Part shown: positions 9,841 through 18,742 of the stretch, in pieces
Position numbering within the stretch: the stretch's first letter is position 1
Layout of the letters: each line of letters opens with the position of its first letter
NCBI GenBank assembly: GCA_048882385.1
Contig: JBHLRQ010000046.1
Span: forward strand, 1-22,972
From: Candidatus Thorarchaeota archaeon
GTDB taxonomy: Archaea > Asgardarchaeota > Thorarchaeia > Thorarchaeales > Thorarchaeaceae
Direction: 5' to 3'
DNA: 22,972 nucleotides
The notes under the pieces: generated by a model
The model's database searches: none
Told to the model about the DNA's origin: nothing
What the model saw: the letters and a program-made list of their open reading frames with translations, nothing else
Made by a program: the position numbers and the translations under genes

Positions 9841-10433
9841 TATTCTCCCCATGGATCTGGGCTAAGAAGTCGTATATAGATTCGTTTCAGAACGTTGGAG
9901 CTCTCTAGCAAGATTCTTTTAGTTATCCTTTGTTTGTCCACTTCTTTTGACCCGCCTCCAAGGAACTTGCTTAGAACCTTTGTCTGTCCTTTTGGTGCCT
10001 TGATTTTTTCTGGAGTCACTTTCGCAATCTCTTCCTCAGGAAAGATATCCCGAGTAAACCGTAGGTCCGAAAAGAATTTTGAGAGTGCCTCCTTTGTGGC
10101 AAGATCATCAGTTGATTTTTCAGGCAATTCATCTACAAGACCTAAAGCTCTTACTCTAAGGTGGGCTGAGAGAATCTCTTGGATTTCCTCAGCAAGATCG
10201 CGATTCATTCCGCATGCAATACCAATGTTGATCATGAGTATCCTGATTCTATCAAGAATAATACCAGTATCGCCGCCTATGATGCTTTTTCCTCGCATTG
10301 AAACAAGCCAGTCTTCGTATGTCTGATTGACACTACGCAAATCATCCTCAAACTTGATTAATTTCTCAATCTCATCTGGTGGAATTAACGTGCACCAGAC
10401 TGTCATTGAAACACGGTTATCATCAGATGACAT
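9837..10433 (-). CDS. Hypothetical protein (~198 aa, helical)
   Basis: MSSDDNRVSMTVWCTLIPP...LLSPDPWGEY has protein-like composition. The ORF track's 79 extra N-terminal residues overlap the opposite-strand gene and look spurious. TTAA overlap with the phosphoesterase stop. Confidence 0.75.
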   Translation of the reverse strand: MSSDDNRVSMTVWCTLIPPDEIEKLIKFEDDLRSVNQTYEDWLVSMRGKSIIGGDTGIILDRIRILMINIGIACGMNRDLAEEIQEILSAHLRVRALGLVDELPEKSTDDLATKEALSKFFSDLRFTRDIFPEEEIAKVTPEKIKAPKGQTKVLSKFLGGGSKEVDKQRITKRILLESSNVLKRIYIRLLSPDPWGEY

Positions 10434-10525
10434 GAGATGGACATACGTTCTCCTGTTTTCAGTATTGCGTGCTTGAGCTCTTTCTAATAGTCTAATAATA
10501 CTAAGAAATCCGCGTGTTGGTTTCA

Positions 10526-10801
10526 ATGCCAGAATACAAAGTGAAAATCGAGGTAATCGATATCCAAGGAACTGGAAAATGCTCAATGGACCAGAAGATT
10601 GGTGACACCTATTACTATCCCGAAGACAGAGGGAAGATGTGTCCAAGCTCTTTCTATGTCCTCTATCCATGGATAATGGTGATGCAATCCGGTGGAAGAT
10701 TCACTGATGAAGGAGATGGAAGTGATTTTATGACAACTGGGTGTCCTGACTACCGACATCAAGTCGTATACAGGATATCTCGGAGAGAGGTCGATGAATA
10801 A
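10526..10801 (+). CDS. TIGR04076-like small Cys-containing protein
   Basis: MPEYKVKIEV...GKC...KIGD...MCPSSF...L.P...GG...CPD...VVYRISR pattern. Confidence 0.8.
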   Translation: MPEYKVKIEVIDIQGTGKCSMDQKIGDTYYYPEDRGKMCPSSFYVLYPWIMVMQSGGRFTDEGDGSDFMTTGCPDYRHQVVYRISRREVDE

Positions 10802-11174
10802 TCATAACCAAGAAGAAAGATATTCCATCAACACTAATGTGAAGTTTGGTCCGCTACAACTTGTTGATATTCCAACATTGATTGAGGAATCCACGAAAGA
10901 ATGGCAGAATTTTTCACTATGTGAAGTAAATGACTGTGTCATTCGACTTGGTGTCATTCATGGGGAGTTTCATTGGCACAAACACGATGACGAGGACGAG
11001 TTCTTCTATGTTATCGATGGATTGCTATCTATTCAGATAGAGAAGAGAGAATATGTCCTACATCCTGGACAGGGATTTATGGTTCCAAGAGGAGTCCTTC
11101 ATCGAACCAGAGCTCCTCAGCGCACTTCGATTCTCATGGTCGAGGGCAAGACTGTGACTCCAACTGGAGACTAG
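10794..11174 (+). CDS. Cupin domain protein
   Basis: GEFHWHKHDDEDEFFYVIDG and VPRGVLHRT cupin motifs. 8-nt overlap with the upstream gene. Confidence 0.9.
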   Translation: MNNHNQEERYSINTNVKFGPLQLVDIPTLIEESTKEWQNFSLCEVNDCVIRLGVIHGEFHWHKHDDEDEFFYVIDGLLSIQIEKREYVLHPGQGFMVPRGVLHRTRAPQRTSILMVEGKTVTPTGD

Positions 11175-11240
11175 TCCTACAAACGAAAAACTACGCTATT
11201 TTGTTGCATGGCCACATTACCTAACGGATATCTAGAAGCA

Positions 11241-11747
11241 TCAATGCACCTGACTTATTGGTGTGGCTTCTCTCCGAATTCTCTCCTCGGTTCTTCCAAT
11301 TCTTTCTATGATTCTCTTGAGTGTCTTTAGCATTCCTTCAAGATCATCATCCAAACTACCGTGCGACAAAATTCTCTCAACGGTGAGAAGAGCTTCTTCT
11401 GCTTCATGAATTAGACCGTACGCTGTCTTGGGATACTCTGATACTCTATCCTCTTTCAGCACAAAGCGTATCAAATCCAGAAGTTCCTCAGTTCCATAGA
11501 CTTTCATGTTGATTGCCATTTTTGGACAGGCTGCAACACAAACACCACAGCCTCTACATCTCTCTTGACGCACATGTATGGTCTTGTCGATTATCACAGG
11601 CGCATCCCATGGACAGAGATCTGTACATAGACCACACAAGATACACCCATCTGCGCCAGTGCCTCTGACTTCTATTACTGACAATAAGGCAACTTCTGTA
11701 GGGTCAAGTTCATCACTTATTTGGAGTTCGCTATCTATTCCATTCAT
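11241..11747 (-). CDS. 2x[4Fe-4S] ferredoxin-domain protein with helical C-terminal extension
   Basis: CILCGLCTDLCP and CRGCGVCVAACP; GTGGTGG RBS-like sequence upstream. Confidence 0.85.
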   Translation of the reverse strand: MNGIDSELQISDELDPTEVALLSVIEVRGTGADGCILCGLCTDLCPWDAPVIIDKTIHVRQERCRGCGVCVAACPKMAINMKVYGTEELLDLIRFVLKEDRVSEYPKTAYGLIHEAEEALLTVERILSHGSLDDDLEGMLKTLKRIIERIGRTEERIRREATPISQVH

Positions 11748-11764
11748 AGAACCACCACGTCACT

Positions 11765-12085
11765 TCACCCTAATATCGTTAGACTGCATCCACGTCTTTC
11801 CAGTTCTTTCTCAATCCTCATCATATGGACTGTTGAAACACTTATTGCGTTCTTCAGGGAAACTCGCATCAACTTAAGATCAATTTCAGTATGTTCCGAT
11901 AGGTTCCTAGGAAGAACGACGTTGAATGAATGTTTCCGCCACCTTAACAGGTCGCTCATTTTTTCAGATTGCATATGTTTTGATTGTATTCTATTTTCGC
12001 AAATATCTGAGTGGTTCAGTGAACTACTACCATCAACTGCTCCATCTTGAACAAATGGTACATGTTTGTCATTATTGGCAGTCAT
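11765..12085 (-). CDS. Hypothetical protein
   Basis: ORF ends 17 nt before the ferredoxin start on the same strand; GGTGATG upstream of ATG 12085 (MTANNDK...). No recognisable motif. Confidence 0.5.
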   Translation of the reverse strand: MTANNDKHVPFVQDGAVDGSSSLNHSDICENRIQSKHMQSEKMSDLLRWRKHSFNVVLPRNLSEHTEIDLKLMRVSLKNAISVSTVHMMRIEKELERRGCSLTILG

Positions 12086-12340
12086 TAACATCACCAAGTA
12101 CAATATTACACTATTCATTTATAACATTATGCCATTCTATACTAAAATTAGTGTCACCAAATTATATATTAAGAGGAAACACTATGATGAATAAAATGGG
12201 TGATATATGCGCCTGTCTTGAAAAACAGCTGTTAATTCCGGTTGAAGCATATGCAATAGAATATCACAAATGCCAATCATCAAGAATATTTATGACAGCT
12301 TTTGACAAGATTACTAAAGAGAGGAATATCAGTGGGTCAG

Positions 12341-13348
12341 GTGTTGAATGATTTACTCAACGTCAAGCTATTGCAGTTAATCTGTTCTGGCACAGGAGTT
12401 GATATTAACATTAGCGAGCTCTCTGAGCAGTTAAAGAAACACAGGAACACTGTTGCTTCGAGATTGGATAATCTGTTCTCTAGTAAGATCATCGATAAGC
12501 CCTTTCATCCATTTCCTATGGTTTTTGCAGAATACCCTCTTCTTGTTTTTGAGAAAGCCAATCTACCTCGCGATCGAAAAACAAACACGTGGATAGAGAA
12601 GAACCCGCATATCTGGGCGGCATTCTTCGTCAAAGATGAGGAATACAACACTCTGCTGATCGAGCTCCATGAAGATCTTCATGCATATCAGGTATGGAGA
12701 AACTGCATCCTTCAAGGAGAGTATATCTCCTCTGAAGCTATCTATCTCAGCACCAAGGCGATAATCAAGAATGACCTTGCTGCTTCAGTTGAACTCCTAA
12801 AGTCGGATTTCCGTAACTCCCCGCAGATGAAGCTAAATGGGCTCTCAATGGACCAGACCTACTTGGATCTAATTGAAGCTCTCATACTGGGCAAGAGTGT
12901 GTGGACAAATCCGAATTCATTGGCGCGGGAGCTTAACGTTCACCGTATGACAGTTCAAAGAAGACTTGACCTAATGCTTGAAGAGAATATCATCTCTAAT
13001 CCTGTATCCCGTTTTCCGCGAATGTGGGCCCCACCTGGATACTTTATTGTACTATCACTGTTTGAACTGAAGAAACAAAAAGATCACATATCTAAGATCT
13101 TGACAGAAGATCCCCATACATCTCTAATTGTTAAAGCTGGTGCAGGAAAGTACAACCTTCTTGCAATCAGCTGTTTTTCAAGACTCAGAGACCACCTTAC
13201 TTGGGAGGAGGAATATGATCAGCGGTTCTCCGGATCCATTGGAGCAGTCAAGAATCTCTATCTCTCTCCATCAATGACTTTCTCTATACACCAACAATTT
13301 GTACCACTCGAATATCTAAAGAAGCAGCTAGCTAATCTTCGTGGGTAA
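12341..13348 (+). CDS. Transcriptional regulator with two tandem Lrp/AsnC-like wHTH + RAM-like modules
   Basis: INISELSEQLKKHRNTVASRLDNLFSSKII and TNPNSLARELNVHRMTVQRRLDLMLEENII, each followed by a beta/alpha ligand-binding-like segment. Start uncertain (12302, 12341 or 12344). Confidence 0.75.
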   Translation: MLNDLLNVKLLQLICSGTGVDINISELSEQLKKHRNTVASRLDNLFSSKIIDKPFHPFPMVFAEYPLLVFEKANLPRDRKTNTWIEKNPHIWAAFFVKDEEYNTLLIELHEDLHAYQVWRNCILQGEYISSEAIYLSTKAIIKNDLAASVELLKSDFRNSPQMKLNGLSMDQTYLDLIEALILGKSVWTNPNSLARELNVHRMTVQRRLDLMLEENIISNPVSRFPRMWAPPGYFIVLSLFELKKQKDHISKILTEDPHTSLIVKAGAGKYNLLAISCFSRLRDHLTWEEEYDQRFSGSIGAVKNLYLSPSMTFSIHQQFVPLEYLKKQLANLRG

Positions 13349-13503
13349 TTGGTAGTTGAAAGAAGATATAGCGCTGAATGGAGTTGGTTACCCATCCATA
13401 GTAGCAGCAATCACTATAATGAATAGGTCTAACTATGGACCGATGAGAATAAAGAATACTCGAATATTGATTTCTGATAATGTCCAATTAAATTAATGGC
13501 AGA

Positions 13504-14994
13504 TTAGGTGACAATCACATCTGGAAATTTCGCTATCATGATATCTTTGAGATACCTCATACTAGGAGTCTTTGCAGTTTTTTGAACTTCTTTCAGTATC
13601 TTCTTAGCATCGTCGTATTTTCCTTGTCTGTATCGAAGCTTGGCTTTGAGAATCATTGATTGGGCTGCAATACCAGGAAAGTCATTATCTTGCACATACT
13701 TCTCAAGTTTTTCCATCCAGTTTCCAGACAGGTCTTGCTTTTCGTGTAGTGTTGTATCCTCGAGCATGTCAATTTCCATCTCTGTAAGATTCAGAAGGCA
13801 TATGTTTTGAAACAATGGAGTCGGACTGTTCTCCATAAAATCAAGTACTCTTTGGAAATTCATTTGAGCGTTTTCAAATCGGTTCTCTGCCTTATCGAGT
13901 AATCCTTCAACCATGTAGTACCAGTTCACATGATTCACATCCCCAGACTTCAATGCATGCGTATGACAGATATCTATCACTTCCTTTGCTTCATCATACC
14001 TTTCAAGATTGATCAGAGCCCAAGCTTGTTGTGCTCGAGTATATGCAAGTTGACGATGTGGTGCATTTTCTGGAGAGATTGCCCTCTTTACTCTGTCCAG
14101 CGCTCTATTTCCATCTCCACTCATGTTATAGTAGAATGCAATAAGGGAGTCTATGCCCTTTGTTGGATGGCCAAGTGAAACTTGATATTTCCTGAATTCG
14201 CAGTGATAATCGATTGCGGCATCAAACTCCCCCCTCATTCCCATGATTTGTCCCATACTCTGCTGAATATACCCAATCTGGACGAAATACCCAATTTCTT
14301 CGCTTAGTTCTCTTGTGGTCAATAACATATCTATGGCTTGTTTAACATCACTCTGTCTAATCAAATTGGCTAGAAAACCAAGAGTACAGGCGGCAAAAAC
14401 CCTATCATCGAATTTTCTTGCTATTGCCAGTACCCGTCTGAAATTAGCTATTGCTGCTTTTCTGTCATTCTCTCTCAGTAGAGCCATAGCTTCGATCCAG
14501 AGAAGATATGATTCAAAAAAGTGCAACTCGCTGTTGTCTTTTACAGCAGCTGCGATTGTATCAAGTGGCCAAATCTCAACATCGGCCTCAGAAAAGAAAT
14601 ACTGAGTAGACATTCTCCATGTAAGGTATAGATGACTTGATATCCAGTTATTGGGTGACATATCAAGGGCGGTCTTAAGAGAGGCTCTCACCTCATCCCA
14701 ACTGATGTTTGTGCCTCTATTCACTTTGACATGCAGAAGAAGAGGTTTGGCCAGGTCAGACACCTTCCCTGCTGCTTCAAGTCTATCAATCAGATTGAAA
14801 TTCTCTACCCAGTATGCGAATGAGATTGCCAAATACTCCAGTAATGGAGATGATTGTTCAGCGATTATCTTATCACAGAGTTTCTCTGTGAAGTCGCCAT
14901 AATTCTCTGCCTCCTTCATCACCAATTCAAGCGTATTCCTTGACTTCTCATCCACATAAGGAAAACACATAGTTATTGTGCCTAGTGGCTCCAT
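13504..14994 (-). CDS. Tetratricopeptide-repeat (TPR-like) protein
   Basis: All-helical with TPR-like patterns (MGQIMGMRGEFDAAIDYH, AWALINLERYDEAKEVI, AKLRYRQGKYDDAKKIL). Start ATG 14994 or GTG 15003. Confidence 0.82.
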   Translation of the reverse strand: MEPLGTITMCFPYVDEKSRNTLELVMKEAENYGDFTEKLCDKIIAEQSSPLLEYLAISFAYWVENFNLIDRLEAAGKVSDLAKPLLLHVKVNRGTNISWDEVRASLKTALDMSPNNWISSHLYLTWRMSTQYFFSEADVEIWPLDTIAAAVKDNSELHFFESYLLWIEAMALLRENDRKAAIANFRRVLAIARKFDDRVFAACTLGFLANLIRQSDVKQAIDMLLTTRELSEEIGYFVQIGYIQQSMGQIMGMRGEFDAAIDYHCEFRKYQVSLGHPTKGIDSLIAFYYNMSGDGNRALDRVKRAISPENAPHRQLAYTRAQQAWALINLERYDEAKEVIDICHTHALKSGDVNHVNWYYMVEGLLDKAENRFENAQMNFQRVLDFMENSPTPLFQNICLLNLTEMEIDMLEDTTLHEKQDLSGNWMEKLEKYVQDNDFPGIAAQSMILKAKLRYRQGKYDDAKKILKEVQKTAKTPSMRYLKDIMIAKFPDVIVT

Positions 14995-15203
14995 ATCTAT
15001 CACATCTTTTGTAAGAGTCTGAATTCACATACGTTAACTCTTTCATCATTAAGAAATTATTAGTTCCATTATTATAAAATTATTAGTTTATTAGTTCATT
15101 GTTTTGGCTTGCTCTTCAATCATGAAACTTGGTGATACTCTGGAATAGCTCAATACTTCTGAGAGTCTATTTCATATCTGAGAAAGTTCATATAACTACT
15201 GCA

Positions 15204-16070
15204 ATGTACGAGATTAGATCACTACGTCTGTCTGACAGAGAGGATATTCTGGAGATAGCACGACACATCTGGGAAGGACATGACTATATTCCGTACCTCT
15301 TTGATACCTGGCTAAATGATAGACACTCATACACCGCAGCAATTGAACAAGATAGTCATGTGGTTGCGCTCGCAAATCTTAGAGTGATAGAGAATGGAAA
15401 GACAGGCTGGATGGAGGGCCTTCGAGTTCATCCAGACTATCGCGGCAGAGGTTTTGCAAAACTTCTAACACAGCATGTTGTTCAGATGGCAAAAGAAATT
15501 CCGGTTGAAAGGATCCGTTATACAACAGCGGCTGACAATGAATCATCTCTCCATCTAGGAGAATCAGTAGGGATGAGAAGGAAGTTCGATCTTGCTGTTC
15601 ACTGGCAAGATATTGATAATGAAATTTCTTGGTCTGTATCACAGAATCCTGTTAGAGAGGTGTCTGTGGCGGAACTGTATCCACGTGTTCTCAATACTGA
15701 ACTATTTCCACACAACATAATAATCTACGACTGGAAAGCTCTGGATGTCACTCGTGAGAGTCTTGAAAAAATCGGAAAGGATTCGAGATTTTGGATGCAA
15801 ATCATGGGAGACGAGATTGTGTCAATCTCTCTTGGACTCACTCGTGAGGACCAATCGGGCTCTCATTGGAGTTTCTCAATCTATGCAAAAGATGGCTCAA
15901 CATTTCTCGACCAATTGGCACACCAGGTGAAGATGACATTCGACACTGGATGCAAGAGCTTCTTCGTGACATATCAGACAGATTTTGTTGAATCTCTCTA
16001 CTCTCTGGATTGGGTAAAACGATATGATGATGACTCCATGACTCTGACCCTATTAGAGCGTACTTTCTAA
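15204..16070 (+). CDS. GNAT-family N-acetyltransferase
   Basis: IWEGHDY, GWMEGLRVHPDYRGRGFA (acetyl-CoA-binding motif A), NESSLHL. ATG 15204 preferred. Confidence 0.9.
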   Translation: MYEIRSLRLSDREDILEIARHIWEGHDYIPYLFDTWLNDRHSYTAAIEQDSHVVALANLRVIENGKTGWMEGLRVHPDYRGRGFAKLLTQHVVQMAKEIPVERIRYTTAADNESSLHLGESVGMRRKFDLAVHWQDIDNEISWSVSQNPVREVSVAELYPRVLNTELFPHNIIIYDWKALDVTRESLEKIGKDSRFWMQIMGDEIVSISLGLTREDQSGSHWSFSIYAKDGSTFLDQLAHQVKMTFDTGCKSFFVTYQTDFVESLYSLDWVKRYDDDSMTLTLLERTF

Positions 16071-16229
16071 TAAGAATCCCAATTCTTGGAATCTGAGAAC
16101 TCGAGCAGCAATATAGCCATCTCCTGAATAAGTAACTCTTTGCGTTACAGAATAGTACAAGTCTTGAATGCTCTGCCAATTTTTATAGATAGTAGGTCAT
16201 TTGTGCTAATATGGAGGGTATAACCATCA

Positions 16230-17144
16230 ATGAAAGCTATCCATAATCGATTGGTATACTCTCTCGTCTTAGTCATCGCAATTGCACTATATGCGGTTGT
16301 CATTTTATCGCTGGATTATACCTTCATTGGAAATGGATTTAGTCCATTCAAAACATGGAGTCCAATTCAGACAACTTACTTTGCTATTGCTGGATTCGTT
16401 TCTCTGTCAATATTGATTCTCAATGATCTCCGAACTAGGAATGCAAATCTCCAAGGATTGGTTCATGTTCCTCCAATCATCGTGCTGTCTTTTCTCATTC
16501 TTTTCTCGATGGATTCTCGTCAAGTACTGCAGTATTTACCCTACCTCCAAGTCTTCCTATTCAATGACTTCGGCAGCCTGTTTCTTTTCGGAGGTCTTCT
16601 TGCTGTATATCTCACATACCTGATATCAGATAACTCATACAGGACTATAAGCAATCAGAATGGCTATCTCGAATTTTTGCTGCACTCGATTCTAGTTGTA
16701 TTCATTGGTCCGCTTCTATTGGGCACAGCATTCTTCTTTGGTATATCCATCTGTCTGAGTCTTGGTCTGGAAATATTCCCATTCTATGGCGAAGGGATAA
16801 TCGGTTCTGTTCTGGTTGTTTCTGTTCTGCTAGCTATGTATGCGACAGCTAGGATTCTCAGTTACCTAGAGCATAATGAATTACCAAATTTGGATTCAAT
16901 CACACTTGGTCAGGTTCTCAGAGTCATTTTCGAGATCATTGTTGTCTACGTCTGCACTGTGGCAGGATTCTCAATTGTTGGAGGACTAGTCACTGACAGT
17001 ATTCCAATGACAGAGATAGTTCCCTTCAGTCTAATTTCATTAGGACTCTATTCGGTCATACCATTCAGTATTCTGCTCACACGTTTCAGAATCTTTCCAA
17101 TTCTATCTTCTAACAGTCCAAGAAAAACAGTTAGCAAATGTTGA
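16230..17144 (+). CDS. Multi-pass membrane protein (about 8 hydrophobic segments)
   Basis: Long hydrophobic stretches; GGAGGG RBS and TTTTATA upstream. Confidence 0.75.
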   Translation: MKAIHNRLVYSLVLVIAIALYAVVILSLDYTFIGNGFSPFKTWSPIQTTYFAIAGFVSLSILILNDLRTRNANLQGLVHVPPIIVLSFLILFSMDSRQVLQYLPYLQVFLFNDFGSLFLFGGLLAVYLTYLISDNSYRTISNQNGYLEFLLHSILVVFIGPLLLGTAFFFGISICLSLGLEIFPFYGEGIIGSVLVVSVLLAMYATARILSYLEHNELPNLDSITLGQVLRVIFEIIVVYVCTVAGFSIVGGLVTDSIPMTEIVPFSLISLGLYSVIPFSILLTRFRIFPILSSNSPRKTVSKC

Positions 17145-17186
17145 TGTGTCTTCAAAGTCAAGTCACACATGAAGTGAGTTTTTGAT

Positions 17187-17390
17187 ATGACTATTGAGAA
17201 ATGTCCGTCCTGTGGAAAAGCTATGGAACCTGGTTATCTTATTGCTGGCCGCGCAATTTTCTGGTGTGACCATTTACCCAATTTAATTTGTAGATGTGGA
17301 GCAGCGTTATCAAAGAGAATGATAACATGTTCTGGTATCGCATGTTATAGATGTAAGAGTTGTCGGATTATTCGTTATTTGATAGACTAG
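17187..17390 (+). CDS. Small Zn-ribbon protein (PF20097/DUF6487-like), copy A
   Basis: KCPSCGKAMEPGY...W...YRCKSCRII pattern; paralog at 18196-18411. Confidence 0.82.
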   Translation: MTIEKCPSCGKAMEPGYLIAGRAIFWCDHLPNLICRCGAALSKRMITCSGIACYRCKSCRIIRYLID

Positions 17391-17392
17391 AT

Positions 17393-17418
17393 AAAAAGTA
17401 GCGCTGCCGATATTATGA
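17393..17418. repeat. tRNA-3'-end-like direct repeat, copy 1 (degenerate)
   Basis: AAAAAGTAGCGCTGCCGATATTATGA aligns without gaps to the other copies; begins 3 nt after the Zn-ribbon A stop. Confidence 0.7.
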
Positions 17419-18057
17419 ACTAACTTCCTCGAATGAATCTTCAATGTATTGCAGTCTTTTCATATATTCTTCTCTTTTCCAATCATCGATATTAGTTAGG
17501 GAAGCAAGTCTTCTTAGAGCATCAAGAAATGTCGAATCTTCTCTAGCGGCTACCAAATCTATTACACGCTTTTTGGATGTTGCATCATTTCGGCTCTTAT
17601 AGAACCTTATACCCAAAAGGAGAATGACAAGAAAGGATGCGAGTGCTGCGATCGATGTGAACGATACCACTGAGCCTGAAGGAGAAATCAAATCCGAAAT
17701 TGGGAGAAAAATCGCGATGGGAAGGAGAACCAAAACTGCCACAGAGAAAGAAACTGCACCTTTTGATCGAATACGTTCTTTGTTCATCTGGACCTCTGAA
17801 TAGGCAAAGAGTTCGAACTCATTCAGAGCATCTATTTCCCAAACATCAAGATAGACCAAGTCCTCTCCTCCTGGATCTTGAATTACATATGGATCGAGTT
17901 GCCAATCTTCTCCAAAGTGTTGACGTTTGACTGCATACTCAGCATATTTTGAATCCCTCCTCAGTATTTTTTCGATCTCTTCACATTTCTTATCTATGAA
18001 GTAAGTAAGCTCGGTCAGATCAGAAACATCAACTTCAACTCTCAATCTTTTCCACAC
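17413..18057 (-). CDS. Hypothetical membrane protein (2 TM helices)
   Basis: 214-aa ORF with GTG start and two central hydrophobic segments. Its TAA stop lies inside repeat copy 1. Confidence 0.72.
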   Translation of the reverse strand: MWKRLRVEVDVSDLTELTYFIDKKCEEIEKILRRDSKYAEYAVKRQHFGEDWQLDPYVIQDPGGEDLVYLDVWEIDALNEFELFAYSEVQMNKERIRSKGAVSFSVAVLVLLPIAIFLPISDLISPSGSVVSFTSIAALASFLVILLLGIRFYKSRNDATSKKRVIDLVAAREDSTFLDALRRLASLTNIDDWKREEYMKRLQYIEDSFEEVSS

Positions 18058-18195
18058 CTACACTACGTCTAGAAGGTAGACTTGAAGCAAAATGAGGATT
18101 TCTGGCAGATTGTTATCATAAGGAGAAGTGGCACCATTGGTAGCAAATATTGATGTGGCTTCAAAGAAATACACATCAAATGAGGAGACCCAGAT

Positions 18196-18411
18196 ACGGA
18201 AGAAGTTGAGAAATGTCCATCTTGTGGAAAAGATATGGAAAAAGGATGGTTGGCAGCAGGTGATAACATACATTGGTGCAATGAAACTAACCCCCCAGGC
18301 GCATGGATCAGACGTGGTGATAAATTAACCAAGGGCTGGGTCAATCCATTCACGATTTCAGGATATAGATGTAAGAACTGTCAGATTATTCGATATCAGA
18401 AAATTGATTGA
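18196..18411 (+). CDS. Small Zn-ribbon protein (PF20097/DUF6487-like), copy B, with ACG at the expected start position
   Basis: Manual translation, absent from the ORF track: (ACG)EEVEKCPSCGKDMEKGWLAAGDNIHWCNETNPPGAWIRRGDKLTKGWVNPFTISGYRCKNCQIIRYQKID*. GAGGAG at 18182-18187; in-frame TGA at 18181. Confidence 0.78.
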   Translation, partial: TEEVEKCPSCGKDMEKGWLAAGDNIHWCNETNPPGAWIRRGDKLTKGWVNPFTISGYRCKNCQIIRYQKID

Positions 18412-18414
18412 TAG

Positions 18415-18437
18415 AAGAAATGGCGCTGCTGGTATCA
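18415..18437. repeat. tRNA-3'-end-like direct repeat, copy 2
   Basis: AAGAAATGGCGCTGCTGGTATCA, identical over 23 nt to 18743-18765. Confidence 0.9.
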
Positions 18438-18462
18438 CAAGTCCAATTCTGAAAGCTTTCGC

Positions 18463-18472
18463 AATATATTAA
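18463..18472 (+). promoter_or_regulatory. Candidate TATA box for the 65-aa gene
   Basis: AATATATTAA; the same 10-mer occurs at 18841 upstream of the PRC-barrel gene. Confidence 0.5.
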
Positions 18473-18520
18473 TGACAACAAAAGGTTGGAAACCGAAACA
18501 CACAGTCGGATGGGTACACG

Positions 18521-18718
18521 ATGATAAAAGAATCGAAAAAACTGATCATCGAAACTCTCCTGACTTCAATAATGTGGATTTTCACGCTCACACCTATCAT
18601 TTTGTTTGGCTATTCATTCTCAGCTGAGTATATGATTATCTTCGCTGGGCTCTCCCTTTCTCTGATCGGTGACATTTCACTAGAACTCTACAAGCGAAGG
18701 AAAAAGTCTACTACTTAG
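18521..18718 (+). CDS. Small 2-TM membrane protein (65 aa)
   Basis: Two hydrophobic helices with basic termini (KKL..., KRRKK); upstream TATA-like box. Confidence 0.65.
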   Translation: MIKESKKLIIETLLTSIMWIFTLTPIILFGYSFSAEYMIIFAGLSLSLIGDISLELYKRRKKSTT

Positions 18719-18742
18719 TTCCTGAGGATGAGAGAACTGAGA

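Noticed and set aside
11926-12351. 141-aa + strand ORF and the other short antisense or overlapping ORFs in the track
   Set aside because: They have no motifs and overlap better-supported genes or AT-rich promoter DNA.
16166-16184. Additional repeat copy (GAATGCTCTGCCAATTTTT)
   Set aside because: It needs a gap, lacks the purine tract and merges with the probable TATA box of the 16230 gene, so it is too weak to support.
18128-18328. 66-aa ORF from the ORF track
   Set aside because: It is a shadow frame of the Zn-ribbon paralog at 18196-18411, which has clear homology support.
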